From Candidatus Brevefilum sp. (GTDB lineage: Bacteria > Chloroflexota > Anaerolineae > Anaerolineales > Anaerolineaceae): a DNA stretch of 64,000 bases. Of this stretch, positions 16,927 through 26,833 are shown piece by piece. Numbering within the stretch: the stretch's first letter is position 1; each line of letters starts with the position of its first letter. Both the position numbers and the translations under genes were made by a program. Below the pieces are notes generated by a model, which was given only the letters and a program-made list of their open reading frames with translations, was not told the DNA's origin and ran no database searches. The stretch lies in assembly GCA_029210815.1 (NCBI GenBank), contig JARGGB010000002.1, positions 8,450 through 72,449 on the forward strand. Reading direction: 5' to 3'.

Positions 16927-19272
16927 ATGACTTTACCACCCAGTGCTACCGATCGATTATTAAGCGTTTATCTTGTCCTTTCGCAATACCCCATTCTTTC
17001 CTCACGCATTCGTGACTTAATGCGAAGGGAATTGTTCCAGCGTGGGTTTCTGGATCATAAGGAATTCGAACAGGAAGTCATTCGCAAAGCCATCCAATCC
17101 CAGGAACGGGAAGGCTTACAGCACCCCGAAATCGAAGAGCCGGCAGAAGTCTGGGAACGTCGTAAAGCGCTTGTCCGAGATCAATTAACGGATTTTCACT
17201 TCAGCAACCACCTCAGTTTTGAATTAATTGAGGACCTGATCGCTGAGGTGCTCAACGAACGTGGTGTTACCTCACTTGATACCCTCTATCAATTCAATCC
17301 TGAAGTCGCTCCCGAGGAATTATTGTTCAACCAGGGCATGATGATTGAAAAAATGCCCCGTGAAAAAAGAAAACACCTTGACCCACGGCTAAGAGAAATT
17401 AAAGTGGTCTTGATTCGCAACATGATCAGCGATCAACTGCGCTACATTAACATTGCGAGGGCTTGGTTCACAATTGCGGACCTGGCTGAAGTCCGGCGGC
17501 ATAAAATTGGGCACGGCCGGATTGGCGGTAAGGCCGCCGGCATGCTCCTCGCTGCTCGCATCCTGAAAGGCAGCCCGAACATCGATCTGCGTCAAAATTT
17601 GCGCACACCGGAATCCTATTACATGGGATCTGACCTGCTGTATACCTTTATCTCTATCAACAACCTTCATCATTGGAATGATCAAAAATACAAATCTGAG
17701 GATGAAATGCGCCGTGATTATCCAAAGATTGTTGAGGACTTCGTTGCCAGTGATTTCACCCCCAATATCGTTCAACGGCTTGAGACATTGTTGACCTCGG
17801 TCGGAAAACAGCCTTTGATTGTTCGTTCCTCCAGCTTACTCGAAGACAATTTTGGCACCGCCTTTGCTGGAAAATACGAAAGCATCTTTCTGCCGAACCA
17901 GGGGTCTATCGACGAAAACATGACCGCCCTGACCCAGGCAATTGCCCGAATTTACGCCTCAACCCTCAACCCCACTGCGCTTTTATATCGCCGAAGCCGC
18001 GGCTTACAGGATTATGATGAGCGCATGGCTGTTCTGATCCAAACTGTTGAAGGAAACCGTTACGGTCAGTATTATCTGCCCGACCTCTCCGGCGTGGCAT
18101 TCAGCCATAATCAGTACCGCTGGTCGCCCCAGATACGGGCAGAGGAAGGTTTTATCAGAATGGTATGGGGACTGGGCACACGCGCTGTTGACCGTGTTGG
18201 GAATGACTATCCCAGGTTGGTTGCGCTCAGCCACCCCACACTGAGACCCTCCAACACAACCAAATCTATTCGCCGCTATTCACAGCAATATGTTGACCTG
18301 ATAGATTTGAAAGATAATGCTATGAAGACCCTCCCAATCCATGAGGTACTTGACGGAGATTACCCGCCTTTGCGCTATCTTGCCCAGGTTGACCAGGAAG
18401 GTTATTTCCGCTCAATCCGCTCACGATTGGTGGATGCAGATCCCTCACAATTGATATTGACCTTTGAGGAATTGCTGCGACGAACTCCCTTCGCAGAACG
18501 GATGCGGTATTTACTGAACTTCCTTGAAGATGAATACCAATCCCCTGTGGACGTTGAATTTATCGCTGATGTTTTTGATGACAACGGAAAACCCGAGATC
18601 AAATTATCCCTGATACAATGCCGACCATTGAGCTATATGAGAGAAGAAACCCAGACTGATTTACCTCAGAATCTCAACCCGGAGCAAGTCATCTTCTCTT
18701 CAAGCATCATGGTTGCAGGTGGCTGGCTGGAAGAGATCAATTATGTCTTATTCGTTCCGCCCGAAAGCTATTTCAGCCTGCCCTCGCAATCTGCTCGCAA
18801 CAAACTGGAACGAGCCATTGGAAAGCTCAACGCTGCCCTGGGAAACGAAGACTTCATCTGTGTGGGTCCTGGAAGGTGGGGAACCTCCAACCCCGATTTA
18901 GGCGTTCATGTTGACTATGCGGATATCTTCAACAGCAAAGCCCTGGTCGAGCTCTCCGGTGAAGGTATTGGTCCTGCACCCGAACCATCACTGGGCACAC
19001 ATTTTTTTCAAGATCTGCTTGAGGGACAAATTTTCCCGCTTGCCGCTTACATCGGCGAAGATGATTTCAATCGCGATTTCTTTTATGAGACTCCCAACCG
19101 GCTGGCAGAATGGATTAACGTGGAGCCGTCATTATTTGAACGCTTAAGGCTGATCAAAGTCAGCGATTACATGCCAGATCATCATCTCGAATTAATTATG
19201 AACGGCATTGAAGGCCGTGCGGTGGCATTTCTATCCAAATCGCCGCGTGGAAGAGACGGCAGATTGCAATAA
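16927..19272 (+). CDS. PEP/pyruvate-binding (PPDK N-terminal, ATP-grasp) domain protein
   Basis: IGGKAAG, IVRSSSLLED..FAGKYES, MAVLIQ, GLGTRAV, IQCRP; no phospho-His swivel motif seen. Confidence 0.82.
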   Translation: MTLPPSATDRLLSVYLVLSQYPILSSRIRDLMRRELFQRGFLDHKEFEQEVIRKAIQSQEREGLQHPEIEEPAEVWERRKALVRDQLTDFHFSNHLSFELIEDLIAEVLNERGVTSLDTLYQFNPEVAPEELLFNQGMMIEKMPREKRKHLDPRLREIKVVLIRNMISDQLRYINIARAWFTIADLAEVRRHKIGHGRIGGKAAGMLLAARILKGSPNIDLRQNLRTPESYYMGSDLLYTFISINNLHHWNDQKYKSEDEMRRDYPKIVEDFVASDFTPNIVQRLETLLTSVGKQPLIVRSSSLLEDNFGTAFAGKYESIFLPNQGSIDENMTALTQAIARIYASTLNPTALLYRRSRGLQDYDERMAVLIQTVEGNRYGQYYLPDLSGVAFSHNQYRWSPQIRAEEGFIRMVWGLGTRAVDRVGNDYPRLVALSHPTLRPSNTTKSIRRYSQQYVDLIDLKDNAMKTLPIHEVLDGDYPPLRYLAQVDQEGYFRSIRSRLVDADPSQLILTFEELLRRTPFAERMRYLLNFLEDEYQSPVDVEFIADVFDDNGKPEIKLSLIQCRPLSYMREETQTDLPQNLNPEQVIFSSSIMVAGGWLEEINYVLFVPPESYFSLPSQSARNKLERAIGKLNAALGNEDFICVGPGRWGTSNPDLGVHVDYADIFNSKALVELSGEGIGPAPEPSLGTHFFQDLLEGQIFPLAAYIGEDDFNRDFFYETPNRLAEWINVEPSLFERLRLIKVSDYMPDHHLELIMNGIEGRAVAFLSKSPRGRDGRLQ

Positions 19273-19301
19273 ACAAAAAATTGCTATTATATTGTAACTT
19301 T

Positions 19302-19817
19302 CTATTCTGATGGCAAAATAGCGCAGTAGTGATTCAGGTGATACCAGGCTCGATCCAGCCCAAAGATGATCCCACCGCCTTTAAATGCAGCCCAGCGAGC
19401 AGCTTCATATGCTAAAAGTAGCCCCATGTTTGATAATTGATGCTGCATCAACTCAATTTCAACAAGGAAATTTGTCGCTTTCAGATGTGACTTAAGATCT
19501 TCTGATAGATCTCCGCTTATCAAGTCATTGTAAATGCAACTGCCCCTCTCAGACTTAAAATCCGACTCGGTAACAATTAATGGACAGCCGTTATCATCCC
19601 CGTATTCAATTAAGAAAAATGGCAATCTATGAGCTTTTGAAACCACGACGGCAAGATTTGTCCTTGCAGACTCTATTAAAGAAGGATCTAAGCCGTATTG
19701 ACTACAAAGTGTATCAAAATGTACTTCCATCAAGAAAGATCTCAGGCAATTGGAATCAATAACGCCTAAAGACTGTTTGTTAAAAACCAGGATATTGAAG
19801 CTCAAATATGCCTCCAT
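19302..19817 (-). CDS. Hypothetical protein
   Basis: Open frame; ATG 19817 preferred because the longer call reads through both parS sites. Confidence 0.5.
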   Translation of the reverse strand: MEAYLSFNILVFNKQSLGVIDSNCLRSFLMEVHFDTLCSQYGLDPSLIESARTNLAVVVSKAHRLPFFLIEYGDDNGCPLIVTESDFKSERGSCIYNDLISGDLSEDLKSHLKATNFLVEIELMQHQLSNMGLLLAYEAARWAAFKGGGIIFGLDRAWYHLNHYCAILPSE

Positions 19818-19866
19818 CGAGTAAACGCTTATCATACAAGCTGATAAACCATGAACCTTGTCCAAT

Positions 19867-19882
19867 TGTTTCACGTGAAACA
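19867..19882. other. parS site
   Basis: Perfect TGTTTCACGTGAAACA palindrome. Confidence 0.92.
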
Positions 19883-19980
19883 ATAAACGGCTCTCCAATA
19901 TTAATAGTATATCTGACAATGGCCTTTGTACATATACATTTTCGTCTTTATAGCCATTAAAAAAAATAATGCATCCAAAA

Positions 19981-19996
19981 TGTTTCACGTGAAACA
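19981..19996. other. parS site
   Basis: Second perfect TGTTTCACGTGAAACA, 114 bp from the first. Confidence 0.92.
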
Positions 19997-20037
19997 TTCA
20001 TGGTAAGATTCAATCAAACCCTGTTCAGGAAATATTT

Positions 20038-21075
20038 ATGATTGAGATCGATGGTGCTTATGGTGAAGGCGGCGGTCAGGTCTTGCGGAGCAGTCTGACA
20101 CTTTCTGCTCTGACGGGAAAGCCGGTGATCATCCGAAATATTCGAGCAAGTCGCAGTAAGCCGGGTTTGCGGCCGCAGCATTTGGCTGCAGTTAACGCGA
20201 TTGCTAAAATTACACAGGCGCATGTTGAGGGTAACGAACTGAACAGCAGCATTGTTCAGCTTGCGCCAAACAAAGTTACTGCGAGTGATTATCGTTTTGA
20301 TATCCCTACAGCCGGCGCTTTAAGCCTCGTACTTCAAACTATTTTTCTGCCATTAAGTATCGCCAAAAGTAAATCGCACATCACGCTTACAGGTGGGACG
20401 CATGTGCCATGGAGTCCCACCTGGGACTATTTACAGATATGCTGGCTGCCGATGATGACACGCTTAGGGTTTTGCGGAGAAATCCAATTGGAGAATGCGG
20501 GGTTTTATCCTCGCGGGGGCGGCAGAGCTCGGGCTGTTATATCCCCTATTGAGTCACTTAAACCCCTGGTTTGCCTTGAGCGCGGTGATTTACTGAGGGT
20601 CGAGGGCTGGTCTGGCGTTGCAAACCTTGATCTTTCCATTGCAAAGCGGCAAAAACATCAGGCGCTAAGACGACTTTATGATGTTTGTCGAACCTCAAAA
20701 ATTAAAACGGTTCAAGTCCCCTCGATTGGTAAAGGAACATTTATTCTGTTAAAGGCCGTCTTTTCAAGCGGTACCTGTGCCTGTTATTCTGCGTTGGGCG
20801 CACCAGGGAAAAGGGCAGAAGTGGTTGCGGATGAGGCGGTGGATCAATTGATTTCGTTTTTAGTAACCGATGGGTGTATTGACCATTACATGGCGGACCA
20901 GATATTGCTTCCGCTGTCGTTCATTCCTGTTAAATCCGTTTTTTCGACCAACATTATATCTCAGCATTTGCTGACGAATGTCCATATCATTCAAGAATTC
21001 TTTCCTGTAAAAATCAATGTTACTGGCCAGCTTAATGCCCCGGGGACAGTTGAAGTTGAAGGCATGAGCCTCTAA
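20038..21075 (+). CDS. rtcA: RNA 3'-terminal phosphate cyclase
   Basis: IDGAYGEGGGQVLR, GLRPQHL, GGTHV, GFYPRGGG, DHYMADQ. Confidence 0.95.
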   Translation: MIEIDGAYGEGGGQVLRSSLTLSALTGKPVIIRNIRASRSKPGLRPQHLAAVNAIAKITQAHVEGNELNSSIVQLAPNKVTASDYRFDIPTAGALSLVLQTIFLPLSIAKSKSHITLTGGTHVPWSPTWDYLQICWLPMMTRLGFCGEIQLENAGFYPRGGGRARAVISPIESLKPLVCLERGDLLRVEGWSGVANLDLSIAKRQKHQALRRLYDVCRTSKIKTVQVPSIGKGTFILLKAVFSSGTCACYSALGAPGKRAEVVADEAVDQLISFLVTDGCIDHYMADQILLPLSFIPVKSVFSTNIISQHLLTNVHIIQEFFPVKINVTGQLNAPGTVEVEGMSL

Positions 21076-21492
21076 AATCAGGAAAAATCTTCATTTTGCA
21101 GAATCGCCCCTGTTAGCAAAAATTCTTTAATTGTCAAAAATATTGAAAGAGAATTGAACAGAAGGGCTTTCAGCAAAGTTAGAAAATTCAAAAATATTCC
21201 GAGTTAAAATTAAAGACCAGATTATTTACACAAGCGGGTTTGATAACCAGACTCCCGCGATGGTCTCAGGGGAAAATTAGCATTAAAAATTTACAAACTG
21301 TTCACCCTGTCTTAAGCAGGTCATCAGTATCGTTGTTAAACTGATTTTATATTTAATTTGTAATATTTATATTATAAATTTATGATTATTTAACGAGAAG
21401 GGAAATTAAGCTTTTGGAATATTCACGGCGTTTTCAATTATTCTGGTTCATTTCTTCTGATACTGTTCCTTCATGATCAATTTCACTACACC

Positions 21493-22239
21493 TCAGGATT
21501 TCTTCGGACGTGCAATAAATTCCCTGGTTTCCTGGATCGATTTCCCATCAAGGATGTCGACCTGGTAGTTGTGGCTTTGCAAAAATTCAAGCGTCTTCTG
21601 ATGTGCCTCCCGTTGATGGGTGTCTAGAAACAAAATTGGACGGGCACTTTCGATTAAATTTTCCGCCCCACACAAAACATCATGTTCTGCCCCCTCTACG
21701 TCGATTTTCAACACACCAGGGGTGTCCAAATCCCCATTTTCAATCATTTGGTCCAGTGACACCATTTGCACATGTAGACCACCCGTTTCTGACAGGTGTC
21801 CCATTGCTGTGCTGGCACCAAGATCAAATAAAGCCTGTCCCATGTGGTCTGACACAGCCGCTTCGATTACTCTGATGTTTGTTAGCTTATTCAGTGAGAT
21901 GTGCTGTCTAAGAAAATTAATATTTCTTGGCAAGGGCTCAAAGGAAAAAACTTTCCCCTTTTCCTCGACCAGAACTGCCGCTAATAGGGTGAAATAACCT
22001 ACATTTGCACCAATATCATAAACTACTGAACCTGGTTTGACTGTATTTTCAAAAGCTAGACGTTTGTTCATTTCATAGCTTCCCAGCCAGTAACCATGTT
22101 CACCAGAGCCAACAACCCACTTTTTGCCGCGTAAAGCCCCTTGGAGAATTGGCATGACCGTATTTTTTGGGATCAGTCGCAAAGGAAACCGCAGTAAGCG
22201 CCCGATAAAGCTTTGATAATGTATTTTCGAAAAATTCAT
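21493..22239 (-). CDS. FkbM family methyltransferase
   Basis: VYDIGANVGYFT, FEP, LKIDVEGAE; ATG 22239 preferred. Confidence 0.9.
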   Translation of the reverse strand: MNFSKIHYQSFIGRLLRFPLRLIPKNTVMPILQGALRGKKWVVGSGEHGYWLGSYEMNKRLAFENTVKPGSVVYDIGANVGYFTLLAAVLVEEKGKVFSFEPLPRNINFLRQHISLNKLTNIRVIEAAVSDHMGQALFDLGASTAMGHLSETGGLHVQMVSLDQMIENGDLDTPGVLKIDVEGAEHDVLCGAENLIESARPILFLDTHQREAHQKTLEFLQSHNYQVDILDGKSIQETREFIARPKKS

Positions 22240-22478
22240 AGCGACACCTGTTAATAATTGCAAAAGGAATTGTCTGGAAGGCTGAGCATCCTGATTATAC
22301 TTGGCTTTTATACTGGCAAACCGAAACCATTTGCAAATTCTTAATGGTATTATCAGCGAGAATGCAGGTGTGCATTGTGAATTATAATAATTCCAGATGC
22401 AATCCAACTTAACGAAAAGCTTCTTATCAACTTATTTTGATCAAAAAAGCTTTGATCAATAAATAATTGGGTGCTTTT

Positions 22479-23594
22479 ATGAACGATAATGATTACAGCA
22501 TAAAATTCCCCCGAAGGGTATTCGTACGAAAAGGAATGACAGGCTTAGGGAAAATACTGCTGTCCCTCATGGCAGATGTGCAGATCAATGGGAAAGAACG
22601 TTTGCCCAGAAAAGGGCCTGTTATCCTGGCTGGAAACCATGTTGCTGTGATGGAAGCGGTCATGATGGCTGTATTCAACCCCGGATTGGTTGAATTTATC
22701 GGCAACGGGGATATCCCATTTGATCCCAATTATGCCTTCATTGCCCATGCGTATGGCCTGGTACCGGTAAATCGCGGCAATTTGGACCTCAAAGGATTGG
22801 GTATGGGATTGGATGTCCTTGCCCAGGATGGAATTTTGGGGATATTTCCTGAAGGCGGCACATGGAACCCGGCGCAAATGCAAGCACAGCTGGGCGTCGC
22901 CTGGTTGAGTTATAAAGCACATGCGCCTGTTATACCGGTTGGTTTTGGCGGTATCAGGAATGCACTCAGGGACATTCTCCGATTCAAACATCCCAAACTG
23001 ATCATGAATGTTGGTGACATGCGCCAGCCAGTTCAATTAAACGATAACTCGTTTTCGATGAAAGAAAATTTGCAAATTGCAGCGAACCAGATCATGGAAG
23101 ATATTAATGCCCTGGTTCCAGAAGTGGACTTAGCAAGCTTTCAAAAACGCATTTACGAGAATTACGACCTCGAAATTGATATCTTTCCGCCCACTGACAT
23201 CCTTTCCTTACCCGAGGATCTCCAGGTAAAAAACCGGAGCGCCTACGCTCACTTTTTGTTCAACCCAACCATGATCGACGTTCTTTATCGCAACCTGAGC
23301 CTTCCGATCAAACCCATCAAACATCTCGATTATCATTCAGACCTTAATCCTCTTTTAAATGCCTGGCATGCCATTCTTGACTATTTGGAGGTCAATCCCG
23401 GGTTTTTTACTTACCGCTTTGGCATTGAAGAGGGTTTAGCTGTAAAGGAATCGCTTAAAGAATTATGTCGTCTTGGAGAATGGGCACAAGAATCCGGGTA
23501 TAAAATTGCAATCAACCCGGTTTGCCAGTATAAAAATGCCAACACAGGTGCCAGGGTCGTCGAACGCGGGGGCTGTTTCCCGGATAGTATGTGA
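22479..23594 (+). CDS. Lysophospholipid acyltransferase (PlsC-like) with C-terminal extension
   Basis: GNHVAVME, VPVNRG, IFPEGG, IPVG. Confidence 0.82.
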   Translation: MNDNDYSIKFPRRVFVRKGMTGLGKILLSLMADVQINGKERLPRKGPVILAGNHVAVMEAVMMAVFNPGLVEFIGNGDIPFDPNYAFIAHAYGLVPVNRGNLDLKGLGMGLDVLAQDGILGIFPEGGTWNPAQMQAQLGVAWLSYKAHAPVIPVGFGGIRNALRDILRFKHPKLIMNVGDMRQPVQLNDNSFSMKENLQIAANQIMEDINALVPEVDLASFQKRIYENYDLEIDIFPPTDILSLPEDLQVKNRSAYAHFLFNPTMIDVLYRNLSLPIKPIKHLDYHSDLNPLLNAWHAILDYLEVNPGFFTYRFGIEEGLAVKESLKELCRLGEWAQESGYKIAINPVCQYKNANTGARVVERGGCFPDSM

Positions 23595-23637
23595 TTCAAT
23601 TCTTTTTTACGCTTCAAGTAAAAAGGAATGCCCCTGC

Positions 23638-25002
23638 TTACCCATTTGAATAATCCAAAATTCGACCCCAGCTTGGTGAAAGTTTTAAGTTCACGCGGTT
23701 ATTTTCTATTGTAAAGACCTCATTGTTGTTAAGCACGTCCCTGAGTCTTCCCGTTTGCCATGGAAGATCAAGGCTTAAATCAATTTCTTCATTACTGCTG
23801 TTTAGTGCGACCAGGACTTCCCCGCCCTCCAAGTACCTTAAAAACACAAATTGTTCCATATCCACAAATATTTGGCGAAAATTCCCATGCATCAACATTG
23901 CGTGATCCTGTCTGATCCGTGATAATTTTGCAACGGTCCTGGCCAGGTCCGGATTCGGAGGTTGATGCTTCATCATTTCCAGGTCCATTTCCGGACGGAG
24001 CGGCGCATCGCTCCACTGCCCCTTGACTCCTTTAATTCCCCATTCGCTGCCGTAATAAACTGATGGGATACCGGGCATGGTAAAAAGCAGCAAGTATAAA
24101 GGAAAAAGATGTTCGGGATGCGTAAGTTTACTGGCAACACGATCAACATCATGATTGTCTACAAAATTATACAGAACCTTATCTTGGTAAACCCCATGGT
24201 CTCCAAACTGGCGATTGAGACCATACGCGATTTCAAAGTAGTTAGCATCATTAAGGCTGCTGTACAATCCTTTATACGCTTCATAATTCGTCACTGAATC
24301 CAGCGTCTCAGCGTTGACCCATTGACAATAATCCCCATGTACAACCTCTCCCATCAGCCAGAATTGTGGATTGAGGGATTTTGTAAAACGATTCAAGTCT
24401 CTGAGGAAATCCAGATCAATACAATCGGCCGCATCCAGTCTGAGGCCGTCAATGCGAAATTGATCCATCCACATCCTCACCGCATCAAAAAGGTGCGATC
24501 GTACATCAGGATGTGAGAGATTCAATTTGACCAGATCATAATGCCCTTGCCATCCTTCATAAGAGAAAGGATCTCCCTTAGGACTGTGCTGGTCAAACCG
24601 GAGCTTATGAAACCAATCTTTGTATGCCGAATTTTGGCCATTTTTTTGAAGGTCTTTGAAAGCCCAAAAATCTCTGCCGACGTGGTTGAAGACGGCATCG
24701 AGAACCAAAATCATCCCACGCTTGTGGACCAGATAAGAAAAGCGTGCCAGGCTTTCATTATCGCCCAAACGTCGGTCAACCTGGTAATAATCAACGGTGT
24801 CATATCCATGACTCGAAGATTGAAAAACAGGACCTAAATAAATCGCATTGGCACCCAGTCCCTTGATATGTTCCAACCAGGGGTTTAGTGTTTTGATTCG
24901 ATGCTCAAGGGGCTCTCCCAATGCATTGCTCTCGGGCGCACCGCACAAGCCCAGGGGATAGATATGATAAAAAACAGCATCTTCGATCCTATGTGTTCCC
25001 AT
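23638..25002 (-). CDS. GH13 alpha-amylase family (cyclomaltodextrinase/neopullulanase-like), cytoplasmic
   Basis: HGYDT, DAVFNH, GLRLDAA, GEV, FVDNHD, YYGSE. Confidence 0.92.
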   Translation of the reverse strand: MGTHRIEDAVFYHIYPLGLCGAPESNALGEPLEHRIKTLNPWLEHIKGLGANAIYLGPVFQSSSHGYDTVDYYQVDRRLGDNESLARFSYLVHKRGMILVLDAVFNHVGRDFWAFKDLQKNGQNSAYKDWFHKLRFDQHSPKGDPFSYEGWQGHYDLVKLNLSHPDVRSHLFDAVRMWMDQFRIDGLRLDAADCIDLDFLRDLNRFTKSLNPQFWLMGEVVHGDYCQWVNAETLDSVTNYEAYKGLYSSLNDANYFEIAYGLNRQFGDHGVYQDKVLYNFVDNHDVDRVASKLTHPEHLFPLYLLLFTMPGIPSVYYGSEWGIKGVKGQWSDAPLRPEMDLEMMKHQPPNPDLARTVAKLSRIRQDHAMLMHGNFRQIFVDMEQFVFLRYLEGGEVLVALNSSNEEIDLSLDLPWQTGRLRDVLNNNEVFTIENNRVNLKLSPSWGRILDYSNG

Positions 25003-25023
25003 AAAATTACCTCAACGTATTAT

Positions 25024-25041
25024 ATGTACCGGTAGGTATAT
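25024..25041. promoter_or_regulatory. Candidate TetR operator at the GH13 promoter
   Basis: ATGTACCGGTAGGTATAT, 15/18 match to the palindrome at 25646, abutting a minus-strand TATAAT (25024-25019). Confidence 0.6.
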
Positions 25042-25069
25042 TTGATTCAAAAAAAAATATCACTTCGTT

Positions 25070-25636
25070 TTAGCTAAAAATGCCATGTAAGAATTGATGC
25101 ACTGTCAGATAGACAACTTCTTCCGTCAAATCCAGTTCCCCTTCAAGGCTGAGACCGATCATGGCATTGATCGTACCCAGGAATCCCGATGCATACCGCT
25201 TATGCCGTCCTCGTAAATTGCCGTGATCCTGCGCTGCCTGGATAAAAACTTCTTCAATGATCTCGTACTGCTGATTGACAAAGGGCAGCATTGCCAGGTG
25301 AGAATCACTTTCTGGAGGGGAAAAAAGCATGGCAATTTGCATCCGATAAAAATCCGGATGTCTTATCGAGGCATCAAAAAGAGCTCGGGCAATATTTTCT
25401 AGCGTTAATACGATATCCCGTTTGTAAATTGCTGCCTGCAGCAAGCTGGACAATAAACGTCCTTCTTCTCGTTTTAACAGGGCATCCAGCAAGCCGCGTT
25501 TGCTGTCAAAATAATGGTAGAGGGTTGGCTTTGTCACACCAGCTTCTTCCACCACCTCGCGCACACTGACCGTATCGTAGCCGCGCTGGCTGAACAGCAT
25601 TAAGGCAATGTCCAATAATCTTTCTTGATTATTCAT
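25070..25636 (-). CDS. TetR/AcrR family transcriptional regulator
   Basis: ALMLFSQRGY..VSVREV..AGVTKPTLYHYFDSK HTH. Confidence 0.93.
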   Translation of the reverse strand: MNNQERLLDIALMLFSQRGYDTVSVREVVEEAGVTKPTLYHYFDSKRGLLDALLKREEGRLLSSLLQAAIYKRDIVLTLENIARALFDASIRHPDFYRMQIAMLFSPPESDSHLAMLPFVNQQYEIIEEVFIQAAQDHGNLRGRHKRYASGFLGTINAMIGLSLEGELDLTEEVVYLTVHQFLHGIFS

Positions 25637-25642
25637 AGTTTA

Positions 25643-25671
25643 ATAATATACCGATCGGTATATATTGTCAA
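25643..25671 (-). promoter_or_regulatory. tetR promoter with autoregulatory operator
   Basis: TTGACA (25671-25666)-17 nt-TATTAT (25648-25643); perfect 18-bp palindrome ATATACCGATCGGTATAT (25646-25663) in the spacer. Confidence 0.75.
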
Positions 25672-25799
25672 GGGGTTAATTAAATGCTATTCATACAATG
25701 GGTTTGCAAATTAGAACAGCAAGCCTTTGATTCATTACTACGGACAGTTGCCCCCTTTGCCGATTAATATTCTCGATGTCTAACCAGACTTGTAATTAT

Positions 25800-26726
25800 T
25801 TAATCCAATTTTTCAATGATCGCTTCTGTTAATTCCTGCGTCTTCACAGAATCCCAGGCTGTTGTTTGGGGTTGTTCCCGACTTTCAACACAATCAAAAA
25901 AATGCGAAATCTGAGCCTCAAAACCTCTCCCTGCAAGGGTGGATTGCCACGCAGAAGAATAAGGCTCAACCCATTGTTTTTGCTCAGGACCCTGTGTAAT
26001 GGAAAGCTTAGAAAAGGCTTCGATTTCTACCGTTGTCTGATGCCCGTAAAGCGAATAATATTCCCGCCAGGCGCCTGCCTGCAAATTGGTTTCAATGATC
26101 CCAATGCCGCCTGAATCCAATCTTATCGCTACAGCAGCAGACAGAAGTTTTCCACCCATTGACTCATGAACTAAGGATTCCACCTCGCCTTCGCCGCAGT
26201 AAAACCGAAGCAAGTCGATTTGGTGAATGGTGTCCTCATATAATTGTCGTCTGCGGTCTTTGAAGGATGGGTTCTGCCTGAATTTTCTAAAAACCCCCAT
26301 GCTTACTGGGTTTTCGCCCCACAGCGTTTTTGCCCGGATGTGAAGCGGTGCATAGCGGCGGTTAAAACCAACCATCAATATTCGTTCATGTTCGTCTGCC
26401 AGTTCAGCCAATATTCTTGTCTCATTGATATCCATGGTGGCAGGTTTTTCGACGAAAACATCCACGCCATTTTGAAGCAGCAGCTTAACAATCTCAAAAT
26501 GGCTGTGGGACGATGTTAGAACAAAGGCTGCCTGGGGTTGATCATCAATTAACTGGTCAAGATTGTTCGTTCCGTAATCAATGCGGTACTTTTGCTGCGT
26601 GTCAGCTAAAGGCTCGGGTGACCGGTTGTACAGCATCAGCTCGAAGTCTTTTTGTGTGCCTAAAATCGGCATGTAGGCTTTCTGACAAATACTTCCCAAG
26701 CCGATTACAGCGATTTTCTTTTTCAT
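25800..26726 (-). CDS. Gfo/Idh/MocA family oxidoreductase
   Basis: IGLGSI, VFVEKP, VGFNRRY, DTIHQID. Confidence 0.92.
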   Translation of the reverse strand: MKKKIAVIGLGSICQKAYMPILGTQKDFELMLYNRSPEPLADTQQKYRIDYGTNNLDQLIDDQPQAAFVLTSSHSHFEIVKLLLQNGVDVFVEKPATMDINETRILAELADEHERILMVGFNRRYAPLHIRAKTLWGENPVSMGVFRKFRQNPSFKDRRRQLYEDTIHQIDLLRFYCGEGEVESLVHESMGGKLLSAAVAIRLDSGGIGIIETNLQAGAWREYYSLYGHQTTVEIEAFSKLSITQGPEQKQWVEPYSSAWQSTLAGRGFEAQISHFFDCVESREQPQTTAWDSVKTQELTEAIIEKLD

Positions 26727-26833
26727 AGAAACTTGACCTTTCTCTCTCGTGATGATTTCTTCCCCTTTTTAATGATACTCAGATCATGGCAGGATCTGTT
26801 CTTGATTTCTTGCCATATTTTCTTCTTAACAAA

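Noticed and set aside
19818-19997. N-terminal extension of the 231-aa ORF
   Set aside because: It simply translates the two parS palindromes (FHVK twice) in AT-rich intergenic DNA.
21076-21492. 417-bp AT-rich convergent gap
   Set aside because: No stable structure, repeat or recognisable gene remnant found by eye.
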